A program made the translations under genes and the position numbers. A stretch of DNA of 29,459 bases from Myxococcota bacterium (GTDB lineage Bacteria; Myxococcota_A; Polyangia; Polyangiales; Houyiibacteriaceae). The notes under the pieces are model-generated. The model had not been told where the DNA came from and searched no databases. It worked only from the letters and a program-made list of their open reading frames with translations. Positions 1 through 9,559 of this stretch are shown here, piece after piece. Every line of letters begins with the position of its first letter. Positions within the stretch are counted from its first letter, which is position 1. The DNA is taken from NCBI GenBank assembly GCA_039030515.1, contig JBCCEA010000045.1, positions 1-29,459 of the forward strand, read 5' to 3'.

Positions 1-10
1 TCACCACCCC

Positions 11-266
11 CCAGCGGGCTTAGGTTGGTCGAAACAGCTAGCGCCCCGGAAGCACAGGAGCGCAGTAGTAGTTTGGCTACTTCAAGCTCCGAGCATGGGA
101 GGAAAGCAGCTGTTTGGGCTGACCTAGGCCCGCTGGAGCGCGTTTCGATGGGTTGAACGTGTAGCGCCCCGCACGCGCAGGAACGAAGGCGTAGCTTCCG
201 CTACTTCGAGCTCCGAGCATGAGAGGAAAGCAGCCGTTCAGGCCTAGCGAGGCGTGCTGGGGGGGC
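11..266 (+). repeat. Two tandem modules of a dispersed structured palindromic repeat (REP/BIME/MITE-like or repeated ncRNA)
   Basis: Module 1 has arms 11-39 and 108-136 that pair at 28/29 positions, including 4 G-U pairs. Module 2 has arms at about 137-159 and 235-258. Both enclose a related ~67-nt core (gcgcccc...cagga.cg.ag..gtag-loop-ctactt..agctccgagcatg..aggaaagc). The same family occurs at 29119-29459. Confidence 0.85.
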
Positions 267-727
267 TTCAGTGCCTTGACTAGAGACTATTTCGAATCAC
301 TGCATATGCAGAAAACACCTTAATGCAACATCTATTCAAGCCAACATGCTGGATGAAGGCTCGGCAGGAGCACGATCCGCTTCTCGATCCAGCTACTCCA
401 TTGCTGCATATTCCGCCAGGCCCCGCTGTAGAAACACCGTCATGTGCACCACCAGTGTAAGTACCACCAAGTCCTGCGGGAACTGCTCGCGAGTTTGGAG
501 GTATAAGACCAGTGAGACGTACTTATCTTTCACCCTTGCCTTTGCACAGGCACACTGCTGCGGCGGTTTGTTCAACGCAAAAGGGCTGCCTTATCGCGCA
601 TGCCTTCGAATAGGGCGAGGGCAACCCCAATCCTTTTATTGTGTGGGTTGGAGTATGCGAGTCCGCAAACATCTAAACTCACATTTTATTCAAGTTTGCG
701 ATCAAGAGAAAGAGTGCGCGGACTGAA

Positions 728-1563
728 GTGCTTAGCAAGCGGTTTCGGAGCTTCCAACGAACCGCGAAATCCTACTGCCCAAAGATCCCATGTTCTGCAC
801 AGTGCTGCGAAGATGCAGCTGGTCCCTCTGTTTTTGCGTTTAGCAAGGGCTCTCCAAATCGACGAATCGCCGCTTCAAAAGGCAACCAAATGCTGATTGG
901 TAGGACAGATCTGCTGAATCTTCGGAGTTTTTCCTCTACTGATAAGAAGACTCTTACTCAGCTCTCCGGTCTCCTTACTGCGATGTGTTTGAATTCGTCT
1001 TGAGACCGCCTTTTTATCGCCGCAGACGGTTCAGTGTGAGTCTTTAAAATCGGTGATGGCAAACCTGAACTCGTTCGCGATCTGAATGATATCGGCTCCC
1101 GTGATTCTTCGTCTCTACTTTCAAAACTAATGTGCTCAGGAGAGGGAAACCACATCGTTGTTCTGATTAGCTATCCAGAACTACGAAGTTCGAAATTGCA
1201 TATGTAAAGAGAATAAATTCGAGACGTTTGGATCACGACGAACACGAGCTTGAAGACCAAGGTCCGTCTTGCCCGGGAGCCGCCTTCAACACGATGTAAT
1301 GTGCAGCGCTCTGGACACCGAAGCATTCCGGCATATCAACGCCTCCAGGTGATGGATTTTTGAAGGGTGGGTTCGTGGTATGCCGAGCGGTAGAATTGAC
1401 GTTCGACCGATTTGCAGAGGCAGATGTTGGCTCAACCCGATTAGTCGCTCGTCTTCGACGCCGAACCCGCCCGGTCTGCGCATACAGTCCGGACTCCCGA
1501 GAACCGCGAACCGTCGTGCGCGAAGGGTTGGTACATACCTCTGTTCTGTCGGCGATGTCGTGA
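728..1563 (+). pseudogene. Probable decayed WD40/beta-propeller gene remnant
   Basis: The frame of ORF 728 reads through TGA stops at 1001-1003 and 1037-1039 as AMCLNSS*DRLFIAADGSV*VFKIGDGKPELVRDL and ends at TAA 1205-1207. A different frame (1360-1563) reads DVGSTRLVARLRRRTRPVCAYSPDSRE, which resembles a WD40 repeat. The resemblance is by eye only. Confidence 0.35.
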
Positions 1564-1848
1564 CGAGCATCGGCCACGAGATGGAATTGCCCGGATGAAC
1601 CGTAAAAGATGCCAATTCCGATATCCGAGTGAGCAAACTAGCTGACGAACCAACCATATCAGCTCTGCCGACCCCACCTCGGATCACATCAGCCCGCCGG
1701 TGACACCTAATCGGTAGCGCTCTGGAATCTAGGTACGCTTCAGGAGACCTTGATTTAAGATGAACGCACCTGTTTCCAGACCTTTTTATGATCCGATGTT
1801 CTTTAGGTTTCCTAAAAGAATCAAAACACGCCACAATCACCAAACCCG

Positions 1849-2769
1849 GTGACCAGTGTAGGAGCGACCGTCGAGTTGGAGTTCGCCTATGGCCCCGCAA
1901 GAGGCCCGTCGACCGAAGACTGTCATGTGATCGGGTATCGATATCCGGTAGGTGCTTCTACCCTCGTCGGCGACGCCTGGGTGCTGCAGATAAAGGACCG
2001 CAAGATGGTCCCCTTAATCGGGGGGTTGCTCAATCTCAATGCGGTCTGGCGTGCACCTAGTGGCGCTCTTTTCGTCACCGAGGTCGAGGGTAAGGTTCAC
2101 TACAACGCGGAGACCGATCCGGCCCGAGCGGCTTGGAGATCTTTCGAGTTTCCGTTTCTAATCGCCGGTATTTTCGGACTTCGAGAAGATTGCGTCTTCG
2201 TTTGGGGGGTTCGAGACGCTCAGCCAGCAGTGGCGCGCTGGGACGGTAAGGCCTGGGCTCTGATGCCGCCCCCGCAGGGATTTCCTCTAGCGATGGACGG
2301 GACCGCAGCAGATGCTCTGGTCTTGGTAGGCCATGATGGCCTTGTGACTCGTTGGGATGGTCAGCGTTGGACTCGTGTTGAGGTACCGACAACAACTCGG
2401 ATTTCCTCAGTAAGCGTCGCCGGGAGCCAGATTTGGGTAGGAACTGCCCTGGGCGAAGTGCTCTGCGGAGGAGTCTCGAACCTGGAGCTGAAAGCCCAGA
2501 CGGATGGTTGCCTCACCGAAATCCGATTTTGGCAAGGCCATCTCTATGCTGCTTCGTCCCTCCGTGGCTTGCTTCAACTGGATGGAGTCGAATTTCGCCA
2601 GGTCGATGAGGTTTCTGGAGCGCGGAGTCTCGATGGAACGGAATCGATGTTGATATCCGCCCCGCATGCGGTGGTCATGACGGAGGACGGGGTGCATTAT
2701 GAAGGATTTGACCTCAGCGGTTTCATCCATGCCCTCGAGCCGATTCCGTTTACCAGAGGGTCTTTCTAG
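1849..2769 (+). CDS. Hypothetical beta-propeller-like repeat protein (myxobacterial RWDG-x-x-W type)
   Basis: 306-aa ORF with repeated beta-strand units such as LNAVW...LFV, VFVWG...VARWDGKAW and LVLVGHDGLVTRWDGQRW. The GTG start is uncertain. Confidence 0.75.
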   Translation: MTSVGATVELEFAYGPARGPSTEDCHVIGYRYPVGASTLVGDAWVLQIKDRKMVPLIGGLLNLNAVWRAPSGALFVTEVEGKVHYNAETDPARAAWRSFEFPFLIAGIFGLREDCVFVWGVRDAQPAVARWDGKAWALMPPPQGFPLAMDGTAADALVLVGHDGLVTRWDGQRWTRVEVPTTTRISSVSVAGSQIWVGTALGEVLCGGVSNLELKAQTDGCLTEIRFWQGHLYAASSLRGLLQLDGVEFRQVDEVSGARSLDGTESMLISAPHAVVMTEDGVHYEGFDLSGFIHALEPIPFTRGSF

Positions 2770-2833
2770 GTTACCGCCCGCTCCAGACTTCAGTGTCCAT
2801 GCATACCGAGCGAACGTTTCGCACGTCTACGAC

Positions 2834-3220
2834 TTACTCGGCAGAGTCTTTCATTTGGAAAGATTCGCCACATCCGCAGGTGCTTGTCGCCCGCGGGTTG
2901 ATCCACTTGAAGCCGTAACCCATCAATTTGTGCTCCCAGTCTAAGGTGCATCCTCGAAGTAGCTCTAGGCTCTTGGCGTCGACTACGACGGTGAGTCCAT
3001 CAAAGTCGAGCACTCGATCTTTCCCCTCACGAACGTTTCGAGCCGTATCAAATACGTAGGAGAACCCACTACAACCGCCGCCACGAACTCCGAGACGTAG
3101 CCCGACCACTTCGTCTTCTTCCTTCTCAAGTCGACGCTTGGCCATCCGCACCGCTTTTTTTGTAATTTCGATGGATGCCGAGGCATTGGCCGTCTCGCTT
3201 TGGGGTTCTGAAACGTTCAT
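2834..3220 (-). CDS. iscA: A-type Fe-S cluster carrier (HesB/IscA/SufA/ErpA family)
   Basis: Contains LRLGVRGGGCSGFSY and C-terminal TCGCGESF, giving the three conserved Cys. The exact subfamily cannot be resolved by eye. Confidence 0.93.
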   Translation of the reverse strand: MNVSEPQSETANASASIEITKKAVRMAKRRLEKEEDEVVGLRLGVRGGGCSGFSYVFDTARNVREGKDRVLDFDGLTVVVDAKSLELLRGCTLDWEHKLMGYGFKWINPRATSTCGCGESFQMKDSAE

Positions 3221-3581
3221 ACCGATTAAGAATGGCGCTACTCTGACTGGGGAGCAAGGATCCCGCGTTTCGTGGCGGGCCAGAATGCAGCGCCCTGAGA
3301 CATGCGCACCTCTGTCAGATCATCTGGAAGCAAGCTTGCCTCCGACCGACGAGGACCTGTTCTTCTGCGGTGATGACGATACGGACACTGCAAACCCGAG
3401 TTTGGCTTGCGCTGTTCAGGAAGCTGAACTAGCCCAAGCGTTAGTTCCAGCTGAACGTTACCTGGTCAAGAAGTCAGGGCAGATAGCCCAAGGCCCAACC
3501 GTAGACTATGTTTCAGGCACGTCTGTAAATCCCTGCCCACGCCAAAATGCCCAGCGACACCAAGATCGAGGACAATCAACG

Positions 3582-4589
3582 ATGAACCAAATCCTAACGA
3601 AGGCTCAGTCCAAGTGTTCGGAACGCACTGATTCGGAGCAAAATCCGAACCCAAAGGGTCTCAACGTAGGCGTACTCTGGACCAATGCTCTAGTTGGCGC
3701 TTGGTTTTTGGCGCTCGGTGGTTGTCCAGACGACAGCAGCTCCGACGTCTCAGCCACAATAGACGGCAGCGCGGAGTCACCGATCGACGGTGGGCTCGAG
3801 CTAGATGGGGGATCCAATGGCGCAACCGATGCTGGGTCCACAGACGATGGCGGCGCGATGGTTGACGGCGGAGCGATGGTCGATGGCGGAGCGATGGTCG
3901 ACGGCGGAGCGATGGTCGATGGCGGAGCGATGGTCGATGGCGGAGCGATGGTCGACGGCGGCGCGACGGTCGACGGCGGCGCGACGGTCGACGGCGGCGC
4001 GACGGTCGACGGCGGAGCGATGGTCGACGGCGGCGCGGTGATCCTGCCTTCCTGCAGCGTAGTCGTTGCTCCCAGTGGAGAACAAGGTGCGTTGGCGATC
4101 GAATCGGTCAACTTCGATGCGAATAGAATTGTTTTGCGCAACAACACGGATCTAACGGTGCAGACCACCACTGCTTGGCGCTTTCGTCCCTCCGCCAACT
4201 TAGACCTCGCCACATTTCCAGCAGCGGCAAACGTAGCCCCTGGAGCGATCCTCACACTTCACATCACCGACAGCGGAGAAGACGACAACCAAAACCTCTA
4301 TTTCGGTATTACAGTCGGCTCGATCTACGACCCCCAGCGAACCAGCGGCACGGGTGAGTTGGGTATCACCAACGCTTCGGACAACCCTGAAACTTATGTT
4401 GCTTATGTTGCTTGGCAGGATCAGTCTGGCAATACCCAGTCCGCCGTGGATGACGCAGTGGCAAACGGTCTTTGGGAAGCCGCAGACTCGTTTGTAGCGA
4501 CCACCGATGGGGACATAGGCATCGTTGCCACCGGAAATGTGACTCAAGCAGATGGTTTTGCTGCCACCAGTGAGCCTGGCTGTTTTTAG
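3582..4589 (+). CDS. Lipoprotein with acidic repeat stalk and C-terminal lamin-tail-like beta domain (paralog 1)
   Basis: Start moved from 3138 to ATG 3582, which follows GAGG. A hydrophobic stretch ends in lipobox LGGC, followed by a D/G/S-rich linker and (DGGAMV)n. The domain LAIESVNFDANRIVLRN...W.F...FP...V.PG..LTLH resembles a lamin-tail domain. Confidence 0.8.
   Translation: MNQILTKAQSKCSERTDSEQNPNPKGLNVGVLWTNALVGAWFLALGGCPDDSSSDVSATIDGSAESPIDGGLELDGGSNGATDAGSTDDGGAMVDGGAMVDGGAMVDGGAMVDGGAMVDGGAMVDGGATVDGGATVDGGATVDGGAMVDGGAVILPSCSVVVAPSGEQGALAIESVNFDANRIVLRNNTDLTVQTTTAWRFRPSANLDLATFPAAANVAPGAILTLHITDSGEDDNQNLYFGITVGSIYDPQRTSGTGELGITNASDNPETYVAYVAWQDQSGNTQSAVDDAVANGLWEAADSFVATTDGDIGIVATGNVTQADGFAATSEPGCF
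3846..4043 (+). repeat. In-frame 18-bp tandem repeat, 11 units
   Basis: Unit GAYGGCGGMGCGAYGGTC, encoding DGGAMV x6, DGGATV x3, DGGAMV, DGGAVI. Confidence 0.95.
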
Positions 4590-4645
4590 TCATCATCAGC
4601 GATATCTTAAACGTCTTCAGCGCTCCTCTTCCTTCGAGGATTACA

Positions 4646-5422
4646 ATGAATCATCAACCAAAGCTTTGTGTTTCAAGACTACGTATTATCCCTTTTCTAT
4701 TAACATCCTGTCTGATTCCATTCGCATTACATGTGGCTGGTTGTGCAGACGATGACAGCACAACGCTTTCGGACTCGGGCGCCCAACTGGATAGTGGAGC
4801 TAGCGATAGTGGAGCTAACGATGGGCAAGTCGGTGCAGGCGATAGCGGCAGCTCAGACAGTGAAGTCCCCGATGCTGACGTCACAATACTATGCACCGAA
4901 ATTGTCAGTCCGACCGGTGCTCGAGGAGCTCTGGCAATCGAATCGGTCAAATTAGACACCGCCCAGATCGTACTGCGCAACCTTGACTCGACCGCGGTGA
5001 CGACGACGACCGATTGGAGCTTGCGTTCGAGATCCGGAGTTGTCGGTTCCCCAAATTTCCCAGCAAACACGGTAGTTTCTGTAGGTGGCTCTCTCACTCT
5101 GCACGTGCGCGCGAGTGGAATGAACGACAACGAAAACCTATATCTCGGAGTTAATGTTGACTCCATACATGACCCATTCGGCAAATCTGGTGAGGGTGAT
5201 TTCGCCATCTTTGACGATAGCGGAATGATGGATTCCTACGTCGCTTGGGAAGATCAGGCTGATGTGGACTCGTCCTTCGTGAACGACGCTGTAAGCAATG
5301 ATATGTGGGACAGCAGCAGTTCGTTCGTCACGGTTGAAGATGGGGACGTCGGTTTTGTTGCGACCGGAAATGTCACGACAGCGCTTGGATTTACGGCCAC
5401 CGATGAAGCGAGTTGCTTTTAG
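4646..5422 (+). CDS. Lipoprotein with acidic linker and lamin-tail-like domain (paralog 2)
   Basis: GAGGA precedes the ATG, and the signal peptide ends in lipobox VAGC. The C-terminal domain aligns end to end with paralog 1 (GALAIESV, IVLRN, NLY.G, YVAW.DQ, VATGNVT, terminal CF). Confidence 0.85.
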   Translation: MNHQPKLCVSRLRIIPFLLTSCLIPFALHVAGCADDDSTTLSDSGAQLDSGASDSGANDGQVGAGDSGSSDSEVPDADVTILCTEIVSPTGARGALAIESVKLDTAQIVLRNLDSTAVTTTTDWSLRSRSGVVGSPNFPANTVVSVGGSLTLHVRASGMNDNENLYLGVNVDSIHDPFGKSGEGDFAIFDDSGMMDSYVAWEDQADVDSSFVNDAVSNDMWDSSSSFVTVEDGDVGFVATGNVTTALGFTATDEASCF

Positions 5423-6149
5423 TCATCCAGATCGCAGGGAATAAGGCCGCTCTGCTCAGAATGGTCTCGCGAGATTCGGCCTCTCCATACTAAGTCTTCC
5501 GCCAGGTTGTGAAGCACAGCAACCGTGAAGTGAAGACTCGCTCGTGTGCGGGGTGGGCCGCCTTGGCATTACGCTTCTTTGGTATTTTTGACGCCCATCT
5601 TCATGGACGTGATTCTGCAGAGACGCGACGCTTGAGCTACGCTCGTTTGATTTGGTATGATTTGGCTGGTTCCTTACTTGGGTTCCGGCCTTTGTGCCTT
5701 CTTGGGAGTGACTGGAGTTTTCTTCGAGTGGTTGGAAATTTGCGGCCAGAGAATAGGTTTCGAGGACCTCGTTTTCTCCTGTCGTATCTGCACTAGGAAA
5801 GGTGTCCGCAAGAGGTATTGCGAACAGATTCGACGCATGTTTGGACCTCGGATATCTTGCGTGATCTGTGGGGTGGTTTCAGAGGCAAGTAGTTCCGTTC
5901 GTATTTGCACTTCTTAGCTGAAGCAGCTCTGGCTCTTATGTTGAATCTGGTCGTTCTGCGTGGAGTGAAGGCCGACGTCGTCGCTCCAGAACGTGGAGCT
6001 CTGCCCCCGGTTTAGTGGGCGACGTGGGACCAAACTTTCGATGCTCGGTCATGGTTGTCGAAAACGTACCGCGTTTTTGATACGTATCGTCCGCCGAAGG
6101 CGAAGTTCGACGATGCGGCTTGCCGACGGCAGTGGCCGCAGCAGCAAAG

Positions 6150-7199
6150 CTAACCCTGGGCAGCTGCTTCTGCGGCTGCCACAGTGTCCACTGAACTCTG
6201 CCAGCGATGGTCTGCCGCAGGGTCCATCGGGCTTTGCCAAGGCTGCTGTGAGGTTGGATTGGTTGCGACGTAGTCACTCGCCGCGTTCACACGTGCCGTC
6301 GTAGATTCCGGCGAGTCCTGCAGCACCGGATGATTCTTAGGATTTTCGACTAGGCGATGCAGTACGACTTCAGTGCGGATGCCCTCTCGCTGAAAGGACT
6401 CGACTATATTTGTTCGCATATCATGGGCGAGCATCCATGCATCCGCCGGGCTGTCGGCCCACGCCGCAACCCAGCACCGAATGCAGGGGCCGCTAACGTC
6501 TCGAATCCAAAAACGAGGGTCCTCATGTTTGGCGAGATAGACGCTCGAAGAGGGTGAAGCCAGGGCGAGCTGCTTTACCTTTTCGAGGTCGCTGTCCTGT
6601 GAGATCGTAAATTCGACATGCACCCAGACGTAGGAGTCGTAGAGGGAGTAGTTGACAAAATGCATGTTCAACATCGCGCTGTTGGGGATGACGTGCCGAC
6701 GCCAGTCCCAAATCTTCACCACAGTATGGGTTAGCGTGATGTCCTCGACCGTGCCGTAATGGCCGTCCAGCATGACCGTATCGCCAAGGTTGAGCAGGCG
6801 GGACTGCGAGATCGTCAATCCAGCAAAAACGTTTTCCACGATAGGACGACCTGCCACACCGAGGAGCACTGAAACGACAGCGACGAAAAGGCTCATGACC
6901 CCGGCGGGCGCTACGGAGAGAAAAGGCAGAGCTGCGAGACAGATCGTTGTGAATACGAGGAAGGGTATGAGAACCCTTCGCGACACGGTGAACTGCCTTC
7001 CGATGCTCTCAACCGCGAACCTTCGAGCGACTTCTCTCGGTTTCTCAACAGGGGATGTCGTCGCTACCGGAGCTTCGAGCTTGCGCGAGCGCAGCCGTTC
7101 CAGGCGTCGGTTGGCAAGTCGCTGAAGCCAGTTGAGCGCGATTACCAGGACCACACCGCCCATGGCCGCAACCACAGCGATATAGGTTATGTTCGACAT
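6150..7199 (-). CDS. Small-conductance mechanosensitive channel (MscS family)
   Basis: N-terminal TM helices are followed by NVFAGLTI...LGDTV...GTVEDITLTHTVVKIWDWRRHVIPNS, typical of the MscS middle domain. Start placed at ATG 7199 after AGGAG. Confidence 0.9.
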   Translation of the reverse strand: MSNITYIAVVAAMGGVVLVIALNWLQRLANRRLERLRSRKLEAPVATTSPVEKPREVARRFAVESIGRQFTVSRRVLIPFLVFTTICLAALPFLSVAPAGVMSLFVAVVSVLLGVAGRPIVENVFAGLTISQSRLLNLGDTVMLDGHYGTVEDITLTHTVVKIWDWRRHVIPNSAMLNMHFVNYSLYDSYVWVHVEFTISQDSDLEKVKQLALASPSSSVYLAKHEDPRFWIRDVSGPCIRCWVAAWADSPADAWMLAHDMRTNIVESFQREGIRTEVVLHRLVENPKNHPVLQDSPESTTARVNAASDYVATNPTSQQPWQSPMDPAADHRWQSSVDTVAAAEAAAQG

Positions 7200-7459
7200 C
7201 GCTTCTCCTAAATACATACCATCGCCACCGCCCATGTCGAGACGGTATCGCACTGTGCGATGCTGCTGCTCTCCGATTTAGACATCGCACAACCTTTTCG
7301 CTCGGTGTCCAACCGAAGATGCATCGCGGTCTGCAGCTTCGCGCCCGGCCCGCTCAGTCCAGCATCTCGATGCACGTCTGGACCCGCGCAGATGCTTTGT
7401 CGCTGCATACCCGCTCCGCCGTTGAGCTGAACCCTCGTGCGAGCCGCTACCGACCCTGC

Positions 7460-7488
7460 TTGACAGTTTCTAAGTCGAGCCCTAGATA
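7460..7488 (+). promoter_or_regulatory. Putative sigma-70 promoter of the suf operon
   Basis: Perfect TTGACA at 7460-7465, a 17-bp spacer, then a weak -10 TAGATA at 7483-7488, about 40 bp before the Rrf2 gene. Confidence 0.5.
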
Positions 7489-7510
7489 CAGGACCGTTTT
7501 AGTACAGTTT
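7486..7510 (+). promoter_or_regulatory. Putative Rrf2/IscR-type operator
   Basis: ATACAGGACCGTTTTAGTACAGTTT is a 25-bp imperfect palindrome resembling the IscR type-1 box (ATA...GAC...AGT...). It overlaps the -10/start region upstream of the regulator. Confidence 0.55.
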
Positions 7511-7527
7511 GTGTGTGACTCAACCCG

Positions 7528-8070
7528 ATGCTGCGCATATCCAAAATGACTGACTACGCAGTAGTGCTCGCTACCCATCTTGCAGTGAGCGACACTCCGC
7601 GAACGGTTCGCGATTTGGCGGGAGAAAGCGGAATCCCGCAACCGACTGCGAGCAAGGTGCTGAAACTCCTTGCAAAGAGCGGGGTCGTGACCTCGTTCAG
7701 AGGAGCCCGCGGTGGGTACAGCCTCAGCGGTCGACCGGCCAATATCCCGGTCCTCGACGTGGTGTGCGCCATCGAAGGCCCCGTGGCAGTGACCGAGTGC
7801 AGCTCAGAAGAAGCCTCCGGTAGTTGTGAATACGAGGGATCATGCGAGGTTCAGGCAAACTGGCAAAAGATCAACGTAGCCATCCAAGCGGCACTCCATC
7901 GCATCACGCTCGCCGACATGGTCCGAGCCGAGCCGAGCGCGGAACTCGTGGTTTTATCGCGCTCTCGGCAAGACGCGTTGGAGAGACAACAAATCGCTGT
8001 TCCCACAGCCCGAACCCAAGAAGCGACAGACAACGATGACCACAGAGCAGATCAGCGCATTTCTGGATAG
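7528..8070 (+). CDS. SUF system Fe-S cluster assembly regulator (Rrf2 family)
   Basis: [12 protein letters not shown]-terminus, wHTH wing [11 protein letters not shown], and three Cys in [18 protein letters not shown]. It is the first gene of the suf operon. Confidence 0.93.
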   Translation: MLRISKMTDYAVVLATHLAVSDTPRTVRDLAGESGIPQPTASKVLKLLAKSGVVTSFRGARGGYSLSGRPANIPVLDVVCAIEGPVAVTECSSEEASGSCEYEGSCEVQANWQKINVAIQAALHRITLADMVRAEPSAELVVLSRSRQDALERQQIAVPTARTQEATDNDDHRADQRISG

Positions 8071-9484
8071 AGACTACGATGCCGGCTTCGTCACCGAAAT
8101 TGAGCAAGAGTTCGCGCCTCCCGGGCTCGATGAAGGCACGGTTCGCTTTATCTCCAAGAAAAAGAACGAGCCGGCCTGGCTGCTCGAATGGAGACTGCGC
8201 GCGCTCAAGCATTTTGAACGGCTGCCTGAGCAGGGTCCGCAGTGGGCGAAGGTGACGCATCCCGCCATCGATTTTCAGGCGATAAGCTATTTCGCAGCGC
8301 CAAAGAGCCAAGAAGACGCACCCAAGAGTCTGGATGAAGTCGATCCCAAGCTTCTCGAGACCTACGAAAAGCTGGGTATTCCACTACACGAGCGTGAAGT
8401 GCTTGCCGGAGTTGCAGTGGACGCGGTCTTCGACAGCGTCTCCGTTGCGACCACTTTTCGCGAACAGTTGGCGGCTCAGGGCATCCTGTTTTGCTCGATC
8501 AGCGAAGCGGTACATTCGCATCCTGAGTTGGTACAGCGTTATCTGGGAAGCGTGGTTCCCTACACCGATAACTTCTACGCCACTCTAAATAGCGCGGTGT
8601 TCACCGACGGATCCTTTGTCTACATCCCCAAGGGGGTTCGCTGTCCGATGGAGCTGAGCACCTATTTTCGCATCAATGCCGCAAATACTGGTCAGTTCGA
8701 GCGGACGCTTATCATCGCTGATGAAGGGAGCTACGTGAGCTATCTGGAAGGTTGCACCGCCCCGATGCGCGACGAGAATCAACTCCATGCGGCGGTAGTG
8801 GAGCTGGTCGCGCTCAAGGACGCAGAGATCAAATATTCGACCGTTCAGAACTGGTATCCCGGCGACGAGAACGGCGTAGGCGGCATCTATAACTTTGTGA
8901 CGAAACGAGGTCTTTGTGAGGGAGATCGATCCAAGATCAGCTGGACTCAAGTAGAGACCGGATCCGCGATCACTTGGAAATATCCAAGCTGTGTACTCAA
9001 AGGCGACGACTCGGTTGGTGAATTTTACTCGGTGGCGCTTTCAAACCACCGGCAGCAGGCGGATACCGGCACCAAGATGGTGCATCTCGGTGCGAGGACC
9101 CGGTCCACGATCATCAGCAAAGGGATCAGTGCTGGACACGGACAGCAGACATACCGCGGCCTCGTACGCATGGGTAGGGGGGCCGACCGAGCCCGCAACT
9201 ACACTCAGTGCGATTCGCTCCTCATCGGCGATCGCTGTGGTGCACATACAGTTCCTTATGTCGAGGTGCGCAACGCGACCGCAAAACTAGAGCACGAGGC
9301 AACCACCTCTCGCATCGGAGAAGATCAGCTGTTTTATTGCAGACAGCGTGGTCTGAGTGAAGAAGATGCGGTCAGCCTTATAGTCAATGGGTTTTGCAAA
9401 GAAGTGCTCAAAGAGTTGCCCATGGAATTTGCCGTTGAGGCGCAGAAGCTTTTGGGCGTGAGCTTGGAAGGTGCCGTCGGCTGA
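8036..9484 (+). CDS. sufB: Fe-S cluster assembly scaffold SufB
   Basis: 482 aa with [25 protein letters not shown] and QQADTGTKM motifs, in operon position. Confidence 0.98.
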   Translation: MTTEQISAFLDRDYDAGFVTEIEQEFAPPGLDEGTVRFISKKKNEPAWLLEWRLRALKHFERLPEQGPQWAKVTHPAIDFQAISYFAAPKSQEDAPKSLDEVDPKLLETYEKLGIPLHEREVLAGVAVDAVFDSVSVATTFREQLAAQGILFCSISEAVHSHPELVQRYLGSVVPYTDNFYATLNSAVFTDGSFVYIPKGVRCPMELSTYFRINAANTGQFERTLIIADEGSYVSYLEGCTAPMRDENQLHAAVVELVALKDAEIKYSTVQNWYPGDENGVGGIYNFVTKRGLCEGDRSKISWTQVETGSAITWKYPSCVLKGDDSVGEFYSVALSNHRQQADTGTKMVHLGARTRSTIISKGISAGHGQQTYRGLVRMGRGADRARNYTQCDSLLIGDRCGAHTVPYVEVRNATAKLEHEATTSRIGEDQLFYCRQRGLSEEDAVSLIVNGFCKEVLKELPMEFAVEAQKLLGVSLEGAVG

Positions 9485-9559
9485 CCGATGGGTGGAAATA
9501 TTCGCGTTGAACCCACAGCGTTTCAAAGGGTGTAGACGCAACGAGTCAGGAAACAATAC

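Noticed and set aside
1001..1039. TGA recoding (Sec, Trp or Gly) in the WD40-like frame
   Set aside because: Many intact genes here end in TGA (sufB, sufC, sufD, sufS, cobS), the frame soon hits TAA stops, and no SECIS-like hairpin was evident. Pseudogene decay is more likely.
3138..3581. N-terminal 148 aa of the 483-aa ORF in the track
   Set aside because: It overlaps the iscA-like gene on the opposite strand and would bury the lipoprotein signal. ATG 3582 has an RBS and matches the paralog's layout.
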